Counted from the stretch's first letter, positions 10,082-20,444 are shown. The stretch is 64,000 nt of DNA from Candidatus Bathyarchaeia archaeon (GCA_050012255.1 JBEKHN010000001.1:256001-320000); one strand, 5' to 3'. Program-made: numbers and translations. Notes: generated by a model from the letters alone, not told the origin.

Positions 10082-13000
10082 ATGGCTAACAGCACCGATT
10101 TCTTCGAAAAAGCCCAAAGAGCTATCGAAAAATGCGAGCAAAAACGCGAGACGAAACTGGAAATAGAATTTGAGCATGTTCTCAAAAACTATTTTGAATG
10201 GCTAGGTTTCTCAAACATTGAAGGGCAATATGAACAAAAAGCAGGAAACATCTTTGTCGTTTCTAAGAAAAGACAGGATGCTACATATGGAAAAGTAATC
10301 ATAGAGTATGAGTCGGTCGGCAAACTCCTATCACATGCGGGAAAAGAACACGCACTAAATCAAATTAAAGATGACTATTTGGGTGCTTATCCTTCAGCGC
10401 AACGAGAAAAACTCGTTGGAATAGTCTTTGATGGCAAATTGATTATTTTTGTGCGTTGGATTGAAAGCGAGTGGGATTATGACGAAAGAGAGTTTACTAG
10501 GCAAAGTTTTGAGATGATGGTAAACTATCTTGTAGGTTTGTATAAGATTTCGTTCATTGAGTTACCCTCACAGTTTGGTTTCAATAAAGCAAAAACAAGA
10601 GAATCTTTGAAAACATTGTACTCAAAATCTGTCTGCAAGAATGAGAGGGCAAAGATGCTTTTTGACGAATGGAATTTGAGGTTTAGCTCGATATACGGCA
10701 ACTCTTTTAACAAGCAGAAAATTAAAGAACATTTCAAGGAATTTGCGAAACTAGTCGGTATAGAGGAAGCCGAAGAAAGCAGACTCATTTTTGCAATTCA
10801 TACATACTACGCTTTTATCGTTAAAATTGTCGCTTCTGAAGTAGCAAAAAACCTGTTTAATTATGCTACGGCTCAATCCCACATGAAAACCCTTTTGGAA
10901 TCGGAAAAGTTGGAAAAGGAACTAAAAGAGATAGAAGACGGGAAGTTCTTTCGGGATATTGGCATAGATAATTTTATAGAAGGAACTTTTCTTTCTTGGT
11001 ACTTAGATGTTTGGGATAAGGAAATAGAAGAGATCGCCAAAGACATAATTACACGCCTAGATTGGTTTGACTTCGCTGAGTTCATAACCAAACCAGAATA
11101 CGTTGTTGATTACTTGAAGAACTTTTACCAAGAAGTCTTTCCTAAACAGCTTAGACATGACCTGGGCGAGTTCTATACTCCAGATTGGTTAGCAAAATAT
11201 CTTGTTCGCCTTGCTGGTTTCGATGGCAATGTGAACACACGAGCACTCGATCCAGCATGTGGATCGGGAACATTCCTTGTGGCTATTATCAATAGGATTT
11301 TTGAAAAGTATAAAAAAGAACAACATAAGGAAAGACTAGTTGCGGATATTTCGAAAAACATAGTTGGCTTTGACATAAACCCAATAGCAGTCTTAACAGC
11401 AAGAACCAATTATCTAATAGCATTATCTCGCTTTAATTTGGTAAAAACACAAGTGACCATTCCAATATACCTCACCGATTCAATCGTTTTACCAGAACTT
11501 GAAAAACAGAAAAAATTAACAGACAAAGTAAACTTGTATAATATCAAAACAACAAAAGGGATTTTTCGCATACCCGCTGAAGCAAAGACTCGCATATCAG
11601 AAATCATGTATTTTCTAAAAAGCAATATTGACAAACAAATTGATGCAAAGCATACAAAAGAACAGTTAGAAAGCCAATTTGGGTACAACGACAAAGTGAT
11701 CTATCATCTATTAGAATTGTACGATAAGCTACTGGAGCTAAGCAACCAGAATCAAAACAAAATTTGGTGCGACATCATAATCAATCAGTTCTCCACTCTC
11801 TTCCAAGAACGATTTGATTTCGTAATTGGGAACCCTCCTTGGGTCAACTGGGAATTCTTGAACGACGAATACCAAAAACACATGATGGCAATCAATGATG
11901 AGTACGGTATGTACTTCACGAAAGGTTTAGAATCAAGATTGGGAAAAGTCAAGCGAGACATATCTGCCATATTCTTTTACGTGTGTTCGGATGTTTATTT
12001 GAAGAATCATGGTTCGATTGCTTTTCTCATAAAACCCATGTATCAAATTCCGTCTGGTAGAGGGTTCAGAAACTTCAACAGATTGCCTAAAGACGTGGAA
12101 ATTTCCAAACTCAAAAATCCGCTTAAGATTATTATTGTTGAAGATGTTAGCAAAGAAAACCCATTCGAGATTGGTAACGCAGTATCGCTGATCGTAGCGA
12201 AGAAAGGAGAAAAGACAGATTATCCTATAAAATACAGAAAGTGGGCTGGTAAGCGAACCCATGAGCTGGAAGATTATAAAGCAGACCCATCAGATGATAC
12301 TGATCCGCTCTCCACTTGGGCTATATACAAAGGCCAAAAACAGCTTAATGCTTCAGGAGAGTTTGACTACAAAATCAGGACAGGAGTTTATCATGGATTA
12401 AAAGAGCCATTTTTTGGCTTAGAATTGTTGATAGATAAGGGAACTCTTGTCCAGATACGAAACTGTGAAAGCAAAGTGAAAGACCTCGAAAAGGATAGAA
12501 TTTATCCATTGATTATGTCACGCCATATCAACAGATGGAAATTGGGGGATGTCAACGGAGAAAAATACACTTACTGTATTCTTCCACAGTCGCGCCTAGG
12601 TGAGAATAACGAAAATGAAATGAAAATGGATACGCCAAATACTTATGAATGGTTAGCCGATTTCAAAGAGAAACTATTAGATAGAAAGATTTTCTTGAAA
12701 ATGTTTCACAAGGGCAAAAACCCATTTTACTCGATCTATGATCTAAATGATTGGGATTCAAAATACAAAGTTGTTTGGAAGAACATGGGCTTCTATCCTG
12801 ATTTCTTAGTTGTGTCTTCTGTGGATGATAAAAAATTAGGCAAGAAACTAGTTCTTCCCGAACATGTCGTTTCGTATATTCCTCTGAACACTAGAAAAGA
12901 AGCTCATTACGTGTGTGCTATTCTCAATTCGTCTGTTGTCAGAACAAACCTTAGCACTTTATCTTCTGGTGGGAAATCTGGTCTATCCGCTTCGATTGTT

Positions 13001-13198
13001 GGAAAAGTACGACTAGACAAGTTCAACCCAAAAATCCCTTTACATGAAACGCTTGCGCTATTATCGATGTCAGCCCATTCATTGGCTGAACAAGATGATA
13101 CTGAGAGACTCAAGAAAGTTGAAAAGAGAATAGATGATTTTGTTGAGGCATTTTATAAGAACAAACGACAAAAAAACAGCCTCTTGAACAACCAATAA
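10082..13198 (+). CDS. Type IIG/Eco57I-like fused restriction endonuclease-N6-adenine methyltransferase
   Basis: N-terminal D..IIEYE nuclease-like motif; GEFYTP, DPACGSGTFL (motif I), GNPPW (motif IV); C-terminal TRD-like region with ILNS. Confidence 0.88.
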   Translation: MANSTDFFEKAQRAIEKCEQKRETKLEIEFEHVLKNYFEWLGFSNIEGQYEQKAGNIFVVSKKRQDATYGKVIIEYESVGKLLSHAGKEHALNQIKDDYLGAYPSAQREKLVGIVFDGKLIIFVRWIESEWDYDEREFTRQSFEMMVNYLVGLYKISFIELPSQFGFNKAKTRESLKTLYSKSVCKNERAKMLFDEWNLRFSSIYGNSFNKQKIKEHFKEFAKLVGIEEAEESRLIFAIHTYYAFIVKIVASEVAKNLFNYATAQSHMKTLLESEKLEKELKEIEDGKFFRDIGIDNFIEGTFLSWYLDVWDKEIEEIAKDIITRLDWFDFAEFITKPEYVVDYLKNFYQEVFPKQLRHDLGEFYTPDWLAKYLVRLAGFDGNVNTRALDPACGSGTFLVAIINRIFEKYKKEQHKERLVADISKNIVGFDINPIAVLTARTNYLIALSRFNLVKTQVTIPIYLTDSIVLPELEKQKKLTDKVNLYNIKTTKGIFRIPAEAKTRISEIMYFLKSNIDKQIDAKHTKEQLESQFGYNDKVIYHLLELYDKLLELSNQNQNKIWCDIIINQFSTLFQERFDFVIGNPPWVNWEFLNDEYQKHMMAINDEYGMYFTKGLESRLGKVKRDISAIFFYVCSDVYLKNHGSIAFLIKPMYQIPSGRGFRNFNRLPKDVEISKLKNPLKIIIVEDVSKENPFEIGNAVSLIVAKKGEKTDYPIKYRKWAGKRTHELEDYKADPSDDTDPLSTWAIYKGQKQLNASGEFDYKIRTGVYHGLKEPFFGLELLIDKGTLVQIRNCESKVKDLEKDRIYPLIMSRHINRWKLGDVNGEKYTYCILPQSRLGENNENEMKMDTPNTYEWLADFKEKLLDRKIFLKMFHKGKNPFYSIYDLNDWDSKYKVVWKNMGFYPDFLVVSSVDDKKLGKKLVLPEHVVSYIPLNTRKEAHYVCAILNSSVVRTNLSTLSSGGKSGLSASIVGKVRLDKFNPKIPLHETLALLSMSAHSLAEQDDTERLKKVEKRIDDFVEAFYKNKRQKNSLLNNQ

Positions 13199-13304
13199 TT
13201 TCCCCGATAAATGCCAAGACTTGGCTCTCCAACTTAAATGACAACTTGGCATTATCTTGTTTGATAACTTGTATGTTGAAATTTCAAAAATCAAAGAAAC
13301 TAAC

Positions 13305-14477
13305 TTAGAGAGGTTTTTGGACTTTTGTTGCTTTCTTGATTAGTGACTTCCAATTCTCAGGTGTTGAACTATCAGCAATTTTCGCTTGTTGTGCAGGAGT
13401 TTTTCCTCCTAGTGCTATGTGAGGTCTCATGAAGTTGTAGTAGATTCTCAGGCCATCCATCATTGTCTGTGCTGTCTCTTCATCATCGAGCCCGCGCATA
13501 ACCTTGTTTCTCTGCCTAATCGTTCCGTGAAGTCTTTCAATCATGTTGTTGTTTGAACGGTCTCTGATGTTGGGTATTCTAACGTGTTCTGTCCTCGGTG
13601 CTTTCATTGTGTAGAACTCTTTCGCTATCGCATCCTGATAGGATCTTAATCCATCTGTCACTATTGCCATTGGTCTGGTCTTTGAAAGGCTTGAGGCTTG
13701 AGCTAGAACTTGTCTTGCGTCTGCAATTTCTCTTTTCTCCGTTATTTGAGAGGCAAGCCAGAATCGGCTTTCGTTGTCGATTACGTTCCAAGCCCATCTC
13801 AGGTTTTCGTGATTGTCTAAGTCTTTTATGTTCAATGTCATTTCATCGCTATGCCAAATTCCGCTCACTTTTGGAACTAGCTGATCGCAATATTTCTTCA
13901 TCATGGAAACGTACTTTCTTATCCACTTGTAAATCGCTACATGGCTAACCTCTACCCCGTAGAACTGCTTTATGTGGTCAACTATCGCTCTCATGCTGAT
14001 TCCTTTGAAGTAAAGGTCAAGGGCTACGGTGACAGTTTCAGGAGTAGCCTTCATTCTCTCAAACCCTTCGTCAATAATGAATTTTCTCTTACAGTCTTTG
14101 CAGAAAAACCGTTGAACCTTTCCATTCTGAGTGTTTCGGTATCCTCTCTTCACGATATTTTGAGAGCCACAGAATTTACAAACCTGTTCTGGTGATTCTA
14201 CTTCTTTGCATAGGTTCTCACCCTCTTTCTCAAGAGGAAATGCAACCTGCTCATTTAACCTGATCTGTTGAACCGCATGAATGTGCTTGCATGCTACATG
14301 ATTAAGGACAAAATCGGGGCATTCGCATTTCCACTCAAGTCCCTCTCTTACCACGATGTAGTGTTTGCCTTCTTCAGTCTGAGACCAAACTCGATAAGTT
14401 GAATCGCTTATCTTGTCAACCTTACCGTGAGCCAGAAGAGAGTACGCACGGAGTTTGCGTGTGTTTGAGGTTTTCAT
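13305..14477 (-). CDS. IS6-family DDE transposase with N-terminal SWIM finger and zinc ribbon
   Basis: CECPD..CKH (SWIM), CKFC..CKDC, WHSDE, IVTDG, NNMIERLH, YNFMRPH motifs. Confidence 0.9.
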   Translation of the reverse strand: MKTSNTRKLRAYSLLAHGKVDKISDSTYRVWSQTEEGKHYIVVREGLEWKCECPDFVLNHVACKHIHAVQQIRLNEQVAFPLEKEGENLCKEVESPEQVCKFCGSQNIVKRGYRNTQNGKVQRFFCKDCKRKFIIDEGFERMKATPETVTVALDLYFKGISMRAIVDHIKQFYGVEVSHVAIYKWIRKYVSMMKKYCDQLVPKVSGIWHSDEMTLNIKDLDNHENLRWAWNVIDNESRFWLASQITEKREIADARQVLAQASSLSKTRPMAIVTDGLRSYQDAIAKEFYTMKAPRTEHVRIPNIRDRSNNNMIERLHGTIRQRNKVMRGLDDEETAQTMMDGLRIYYNFMRPHIALGGKTPAQQAKIADSSTPENWKSLIKKATKVQKPL

Positions 14478-14600
14478 CGGTCTACACCTTGGTATATACT
14501 AATGTACACACAGGTATATAAGAGTTTCCACACCTATGTTTAGACCGTAGTATAAACCTTAAATACATGGTTCGTCTAAGTATATGCAGAGGTGTAGAAA

Positions 14601-14774
14601 TTGGCAGGTCAAGTTAAAACAAAGATCAACAAAGTCGGGTCACGACACACTATCTACCTCAAAACGGACCTAATCAACGATAGCAATTTCCCCTTCCATG
14701 TGGGTGAATCACTCATAGTGAGAATAGAAGGCGATAAACTGATCATTGAAAAAGAAAGCAAGAACGTGCGTTAA
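14601..14774 (+). CDS. Small AbrB-like protein divergent from the transposase
   Basis: Hand translation MAGQVKTKINKVGSRHTIYLKTDLINDSNFPFHVGESLIVRIEGDKLIIEK...; GAGGTG RBS. Confidence 0.7.
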   Translation: MAGQVKTKINKVGSRHTIYLKTDLINDSNFPFHVGESLIVRIEGDKLIIEKESKNVR

Positions 14775-14793
14775 GGGAATATAAGCAAAAAAG

Positions 14794-15741
14794 CTAACCT
14801 AGAGGTGGAGTATGCTCTAGACCTGCTGCTATATTTTGTCTAACATCATTCGCTTTAGGTAGTCTTTTGAAAGCTGGTTTGAACACGTTCTCGTAGACTT
14901 TCTGATACAGTTGCTCAAAGGATTTAGATTCCTTCGCGAAGTAGGTTACGCTTTGACCAATTTCCTCTTCTATTAATGTCTCTCTTAATGCTTCTTCAAA
15001 TCTCTGAGCCACTATTTTGTTATCCGCTAGCGTGCCAACGAAGAAACTTTGTCTTAATGGTCCAAGTTTTTCACGTACATCTGCTTCGCCTTGTTCGCTG
15101 AGAGCTGAATAGAAAAAGTCATATAGATACCGTCTGCTAGAGCAATGGATACCTCTGATGTTCTTGACCACTCCTTTTTCAGGGATTCCGACGGTGCAAA
15201 ATACTTCATGCGGAATAACGCTCTGTCCTTTTGCTGCATTATTCAGGGTTCTGATGATTTCTTTGAATATGCCTTTTGCATCGTCCCGTTTCCAAATTGT
15301 ATCTACCAAATCTTCTGTTTCGCCCTTTCCATAGGCATCGATCTCTATGTCGCGGTAGACCTCACGCCAGCTTGGACTATTGTTGATAGAGAAGAAACCT
15401 GAAAGCCGATCGCCATCTAAGTCCCAATAGCCTTCTATTCTCACAACTGTTGAAACTAGCAGCTCAAATGGAAAGAACTTGCTATCAGAGAATTGCTGTT
15501 TCAGCTTAGCCATATCTCGGAAAAATTCTGAGACTTTCACTTCTGGAAACAACCGTTCTCCCCCTAAAGCCTCTGAAGGTCGATTGTGCCAGACACTTAT
15601 CCCTTGAGGTTCGAACACATGCCCATTGACAAAGGAAAGTGCTATTTCTGTTGCATAGTGGAGCCGATTTAAAGCTACGTCTCTGAAGGTAGTTGCTTCA
15701 GGTCTTTTCAGAGTTATGTATATGCCCATTTCACCGATCAC
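14794..15741 (-). CDS. Hypothetical protein (transposon passenger)
   Basis: 315-aa ORF coupled to the upstream 153-aa gene; no family recognised. Confidence 0.75.
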   Translation of the reverse strand: MIGEMGIYITLKRPEATTFRDVALNRLHYATEIALSFVNGHVFEPQGISVWHNRPSEALGGERLFPEVKVSEFFRDMAKLKQQFSDSKFFPFELLVSTVVRIEGYWDLDGDRLSGFFSINNSPSWREVYRDIEIDAYGKGETEDLVDTIWKRDDAKGIFKEIIRTLNNAAKGQSVIPHEVFCTVGIPEKGVVKNIRGIHCSSRRYLYDFFYSALSEQGEADVREKLGPLRQSFFVGTLADNKIVAQRFEEALRETLIEEEIGQSVTYFAKESKSFEQLYQKVYENVFKPAFKRLPKANDVRQNIAAGLEHTPPLG

Positions 15742-16192
15742 CCGAAAGATTCTTATACATACGATACATGTTATCCACTTGTTCCTCGTAAAAAATCAGT
15801 AACTCCCAAGAAAACGGTGCAACCTTAACCCGATAAGGTTCATCATTTCTGCTTGGGTCAACTAGTCTATGTGTTCTAAGTTCTTGCTTAAAAAACCTAC
15901 TCTCGGTTCTGCTTAACCCGTCGGAGACAACTATGAGGAAATCCACTGGATTTTTGGGAACTAAGAGATGAGCTGAGGAGTCTAGTTGCTCTACTGCTTT
16001 GTGCATGTTTGACCTTTTGAACTCGATAATGGCACGCTTGCCATTGCTGTAGATGGTATATCTATCGGAAATTTTGCACGGATGTGCTGGGTCGCCCTTT
16101 GAGATCCCAAGTTCATGTTGGGCACTAGGGTCATCAAGATCGTACTCCTTGACGGGTTTCGCAGTGTCAATAAGAGGAGTTCTCTTCCCCAT
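15731..16192 (-). CDS. Putative PD-(D/E)XK nuclease-like protein
   Basis: SD...IIEFK followed by an AVEQL helix motif. Confidence 0.55.
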   Translation of the reverse strand: MGKRTPLIDTAKPVKEYDLDDPSAQHELGISKGDPAHPCKISDRYTIYSNGKRAIIEFKRSNMHKAVEQLDSSAHLLVPKNPVDFLIVVSDGLSRTESRFFKQELRTHRLVDPSRNDEPYRVKVAPFSWELLIFYEEQVDNMYRMYKNLSGDR

Positions 16193-16388
16193 TTTGAAAA
16201 CAGAACCTCGACGGTTCTTGTGGGTTGAACTTCTATTTAGGGTTTAAGACAAAACAAGAAACTTGCTAAAAGCCCCTCTGGTTAACATGGATAAACATTT
16301 ATCCATAAAAGACCCGAAGAGTTAACAGAACCCTTTATCATTAAGTTTAATAGTTTGTCCGTGCATAAAACGGGAAAGGTGTTGTCAT

Positions 16389-17006
16389 ATGGAAAAGCAA
16401 GCACAGAATGGTTACATGTTTATTCCAGGGGCCACAACTGTGGGCGTAATCTTCAAAGATGGTGCTATTCTGGCCTCTGAGAAGCGGGTTTCATATGGTT
16501 ATCTGATTGTGAGCAAGACAGGGAAGAAGGTTTTCAGAATCACGGACCACATAGGCGCAGCTTGTGCTGGACTGGTTTCAGATATGCAGGTTCTCATCAG
16601 AGAAGTCGAAGCCTACGGAAACCTGTTTAACCTGGATGTTGGCCGACCCATATCGGTCAGATCGGTCGCTAAGCTCATGTCCAGTCTACTCTTCAGCCGT
16701 CGGTTGGCACCTCTCATCACGCAGACAATCGTCGGGGGAGTGGACAAAGAGGGTCCCTCACTGTACTCGCTAGACCCACTGGGTTCAGTGCTTCCTGACA
16801 GGTATACGGTCGTTGGGTCGGGAACAGAGATTGCGATGGGAGTCGTTGAGGAAGGATACAAGGACAACATGGGGATGGATGAAGCGAAGGACCTGGTCAT
16901 GAGGGCAATGAAGTCTGCCGTGAGCAGAGACGTAATGAGCGGAGACGGGATAGATTTTCTGATAATAACTAAGGATGGAATACGCGAAGAATCAATGAAA
17001 TTTTAG
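16389..17006 (+). CDS. psmB: Proteasome subunit beta
   Basis: TTVG, LASEKR, AGLVSD, GSG, RDVMSGDG Ntn-hydrolase motifs. Confidence 0.93.
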   Translation: MEKQAQNGYMFIPGATTVGVIFKDGAILASEKRVSYGYLIVSKTGKKVFRITDHIGAACAGLVSDMQVLIREVEAYGNLFNLDVGRPISVRSVAKLMSSLLFSRRLAPLITQTIVGGVDKEGPSLYSLDPLGSVLPDRYTVVGSGTEIAMGVVEEGYKDNMGMDEAKDLVMRAMKSAVSRDVMSGDGIDFLIITKDGIREESMKF

Positions 17007-17083
17007 ACCTTCCATTCTCAGCAAAGATTTAAACTTTGATCTCTGCACACTAGTATTCTCCGTGACGCGGGGAGTATTCAAAA

Positions 17084-17728
17084 TTGTCGTTTCAGCTTAG
17101 TCAGGATGAAGGCAGTTTTCTCGTGAAGCTGGCACGGAAGGCGGTTGAAGAGTATTTGAAAACTGGGAAGCACGCGAAGATTCCGATGGGTGTCTCGGAA
17201 GAACTGCTAAGACCATGCGGGGTCTTCGTTACGATAAATAAGCTTGAGGGTGACCAGAAAGCTCTCAGGGGATGCATTGGCTTTCCGTACCCGACGACGC
17301 CGCTGGTTGAAGCAGTTGTAGAGTCTGCGATAAGCGCGGCAACTCAGGACCTAAGGTTTCCGCCCGTTTCTCTTGGTGAACTTGATCACGTTGTCTTCGA
17401 GGTGAGCGTGCTCACACCTCCTGAGACAGTGGAGGTGAAGAACCCGAAGGAATACTGCGCGCAGATCAAGGTGGGCGAAGACGGTTTGATCGTTGAAAGA
17501 GGCGTCTGCAAGGGGCTGCTCCTGCCTCAAGTGCCTGTCGAATGGGAATGGGATGAGGAGACTTTCTTGTGCCAATGCTGCCTCAAGGCTGGCTTGCCTC
17601 CAGATTCTTGGCTTGTGAAAGGCACGAAGATTTACAAGTTCAGTTCCATCATTGCTGAAGAGCTTTCACCCAAAGGCGAAGTAGTGATGGTCGATATGCG
17701 AAAGAAAACGAGGACCAAGAAGCTCTAG
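17084..17728 (+). CDS. AMMECR1 / AmmeMemoRadiSam protein A
   Basis: GVFVT, LRGCIG, EVSVLT, GLLLPQV, CLKAG motifs. Confidence 0.92.
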   Translation: MSFQLSQDEGSFLVKLARKAVEEYLKTGKHAKIPMGVSEELLRPCGVFVTINKLEGDQKALRGCIGFPYPTTPLVEAVVESAISAATQDLRFPPVSLGELDHVVFEVSVLTPPETVEVKNPKEYCAQIKVGEDGLIVERGVCKGLLLPQVPVEWEWDEETFLCQCCLKAGLPPDSWLVKGTKIYKFSSIIAEELSPKGEVVMVDMRKKTRTKKL

Positions 17729-17810
17729 AGTCCTGCGCGCAAAGTTTTTCATTTGCTCGTGACGTAGGAAATTATGGTCATAGAGAAAAACGTGAGAGAC
17801 AAGATGTGAG

Positions 17811-18146
17811 CTACACGTATTTTTTGTCTCTGTCGCACCACCATCTCTGGTACTGCTCAATGTACCGTACCGGCCCGCCGCACGTGGGGCAGGTCGGTGC
17901 CGTCCTCTGTGTGTCTTGAACTTGGGCCTGTGCAGGCTTCAACACTATGAAGTCTCCTATGGCTTGGACTTCTTCCCATGATATGTCTCGACCTTCGCCT
18001 TTCTTTCCCTCAACGCGCAAAGACAAGCCCATCTTGCCAACCACGAAAGCTACATCTTTAACGGTTCCGACAGAACGACCATTAGAATCCACGACCGCCA
18101 TGCCAACGAGCATGTCCTTCGTGACAGCCTTTTCCTGTTTGGCCAT
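17811..18146 (-). CDS. PRC-barrel protein with C-terminal zinc ribbon
   Basis: GMAVVDSNG..VGTVKD, IGDFIVL; CPTCG...YQRWWC. Confidence 0.8.
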   Translation of the reverse strand: MAKQEKAVTKDMLVGMAVVDSNGRSVGTVKDVAFVVGKMGLSLRVEGKKGEGRDISWEEVQAIGDFIVLKPAQAQVQDTQRTAPTCPTCGGPVRYIEQYQRWWCDRDKKYV

Positions 18147-18366
18147 ACTTACCCTCCTTTTCGTTGGTAAGTGCGTGTGCACAGCTTAAGAGTTTTACCT
18201 AAACGCTCTGCGAGTCCCCAAAAAGTTAAGAACCGCTCGGCATCCATTTGCGCTTAGCGGCGCATCTTTACGTCTTCGACTTTCAACAAGACTCTCGGGC
18301 TGATCTTTGATAAAGAACGATTAAGAGAAGAGATATGGCGCAAGGCTGTTGGCGGGAAATAGCGGT

Positions 18367-19542
18367 ATGAAAGTCTATTTTGCTCCTAACGGGATCGGTT
18401 TGGGACATGTTGGAAGATGCGTGCCCGTTGCGAGGAGGCTCAAGGAAAACGGTGCTGAAGTGGTTTTTTCAACTTACCGAGAAGGCATAGGATACGTTGA
18501 GCGCGAGAATTTTCCACTCATAAAGGCTCCTCCAATTGGGTTCCAAGTCAAACCCGACGGGAGCGTTGATTTCACGCAGACTGCGATCAATCCGGGCCCG
18601 TTTTTGGCCACGTTCACTCTTCTAAAACAGCTCAACGCAGAAATCAGAACGATTGAGGGTTTCAAGCCGGATGTCGTTGTTTCAGACTCGCGTGCCTCAC
18701 CTTTGCTGGCGGGTAGACTTTTAAGGATTCCCAGAATCTGCATACTAAACCAGTTCCAGCCTATAGTTCCAAGGAGAAAGCGTCTTCTACATTTGTCAAG
18801 GTTCGCAGACGCAGTCACTTTGACTCTTGTTGGTAAAATTTGGACAGGGGGAAACACAGTTCTAATTCCGGATTTTCCGCAACCATACACAATAGCAATC
18901 GGCAATCTCACCATCCCAAAACCCTACCGAAAAAATGTGAAGCTTATAGGACCGATACTCCCGACGAAACCAGAAGAATTACCGGCTAGAGAGGAAATAT
19001 GCGAAAAATTGAACCTGCCAACAGACAGGCCAATAATATTTGCCGCAGTGAGCGGCCCAACGTCAGAGAAGGCTTTCGTAACCGGAGTTCTGAGAAGAAT
19101 CCTGCTGGAGTTTCCAGAAGATTATGAAATCATAATGTCCCTTGGCTATCCAAGCGCAGACAGCAAGCCCACACGCCATAATAACGTTACGATTTACAAG
19201 TGGGTTCCTAACCGTTTTGAATACCTGAAAGCGTGCGACTTGGTCATAGGACGCGCTGGACATGGAACGATAACTCAGTGTATGTGCTATGGCAAGCCCA
19301 TGATACTCGTACCCACACCTAGTCACACCGAGCAGATCAGCAATGCAAAACAGGCAGAGAACATCGGTGTTGCAAAAATCATCTTACAGAATCGCTTGAG
19401 CAAAGAAAAACTACTGCAAAACGTCAAAGCGACTTTGCAGGGTAAAATGGCTCAGAGAGCTGCTGAGGTTCAAGAAGAAGTCCTGAAGTATGACGGATTG
19501 GAAAACGCTGTTCAGAACGTGATTGAAGCGGCTGGAAAATAG
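18367..19542 (+). CDS. GT-B glycosyltransferase (GT28/MurG-like)
   Basis: GIGLGH, DVVVSD, RAGHGT, PTPSHTEQISNA motifs. Confidence 0.85.
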   Translation: MKVYFAPNGIGLGHVGRCVPVARRLKENGAEVVFSTYREGIGYVERENFPLIKAPPIGFQVKPDGSVDFTQTAINPGPFLATFTLLKQLNAEIRTIEGFKPDVVVSDSRASPLLAGRLLRIPRICILNQFQPIVPRRKRLLHLSRFADAVTLTLVGKIWTGGNTVLIPDFPQPYTIAIGNLTIPKPYRKNVKLIGPILPTKPEELPAREEICEKLNLPTDRPIIFAAVSGPTSEKAFVTGVLRRILLEFPEDYEIIMSLGYPSADSKPTRHNNVTIYKWVPNRFEYLKACDLVIGRAGHGTITQCMCYGKPMILVPTPSHTEQISNAKQAENIGVAKIILQNRLSKEKLLQNVKATLQGKMAQRAAEVQEEVLKYDGLENAVQNVIEAAGK

Positions 19543-19589
19543 AAGACTGCAACAAGTGTTTTAAGCCGAATAGCTGAGAACTTAGAAGC

Positions 19590-20444
19590 ATGTTCTTGCC
19601 GCGCAAGATTCTAGAAGAGAAGCTTCGAGCATTGCTGGCCGAGGACATAGGACAAGGAGACATAACCACATCGCTGATAATTCCCGCAGACACAAATGTG
19701 AAGGCCTCAGTGGTAGCAAAACAGCTGGGGATCGTTGCTGGAATTGAAGAAGCAAAGATCTTTCTGCAGAGTTTAGGACTCGAAGTCAAAGCTTCAGTGA
19801 ATGACGGGAAAGAAGTGAGACCAGGTGAAGCTCTGCTCAGAATCTCCGGAGATGCTCGCACGCTTCTGGCGGCAGAACGGACCCTGGTTAATCTTCTTTC
19901 GCGCATGAGTGGCATAGCGACAGCGACGAGGAACTTGGTTGAGAAGCTTCGAAAGGCCAAGGTTAAGACTAGGGTTGCGTGCACCCGAAAGACTGCGCCT
20001 GGGCTCCTGTACTTCGACAAGAAAGCCGTGCTGATAGGCGGCGGAGACACGCATAGGCTTCATCTTGATGATATGATCCTGATAAAAGACAATCACGTAG
20101 CCCTGGCAGGAAGTGTCGAAAAAGCCGTTGAAAAAGCTAGGAAACACGCTTCCTTCAGCAAGAAGATTGAGGTTGAAGTAACCAAAACCGAGGAAGTTCT
20201 GCCCGCTGTTCGAGCTGGAGCTGACATCGTGATGCTGGACAACTTTTCTCCGAAACAGATAGAGAAGGCAATGACGTTGCTCAAAAGAGAGAAGTATTAT
20301 GGAAAAGTTTTGGTAGAAGCCAGTGGCGGAATAACGACGGAGAACATCACAAGATTTGCCTCAACAGGGGTCGATGTCGTGAGTCTGGGCGAAATAACTC
20401 AGAGCCCAAAAGCCTTAGACATGAGTCTGGAAATCAACAAATAG
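19590..20444 (+). CDS. nadC: Quinolinate phosphoribosyltransferase
   Basis: EDIGQGDITT, TRKT, HR, KDNH, EVEV, MLDN, EASGGI motifs. Confidence 0.95.
   Translation: MFLPRKILEEKLRALLAEDIGQGDITTSLIIPADTNVKASVVAKQLGIVAGIEEAKIFLQSLGLEVKASVNDGKEVRPGEALLRISGDARTLLAAERTLVNLLSRMSGIATATRNLVEKLRKAKVKTRVACTRKTAPGLLYFDKKAVLIGGGDTHRLHLDDMILIKDNHVALAGSVEKAVEKARKHASFSKKIEVEVTKTEEVLPAVRAGADIVMLDNFSPKQIEKAMTLLKREKYYGKVLVEASGGITTENITRFASTGVDVVSLGEITQSPKALDMSLEINK

Larger units (their letters stand above)
9763..16332. mobile_element. IS6-family transposon with passenger genes (6570 bp)
   Basis: IRL 9763-9786 GGTTCTGTTAACTCTTAGGGTCTT and IRR 16309-16332 match at 23/24; 8-bp direct repeat CTTTATCA at 9755-9762 and 16333-16340; internal DDE transposase; AT-richer than the flanks. 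Confidence 0.92.

Noticed and set aside
14481-14598. TCTACACCT/AGGTGTAGA inverted repeat
   Set aside because: Largely explained by the ribosome-binding sites of two divergent genes
1638-17741. Isolated GCGCGC hexamers in the housekeeping region (about 1639, 8268, 17457, 17735) and in TBP at 31365
   Set aside because: Their number is near chance expectation and most lie in intact coding sequence
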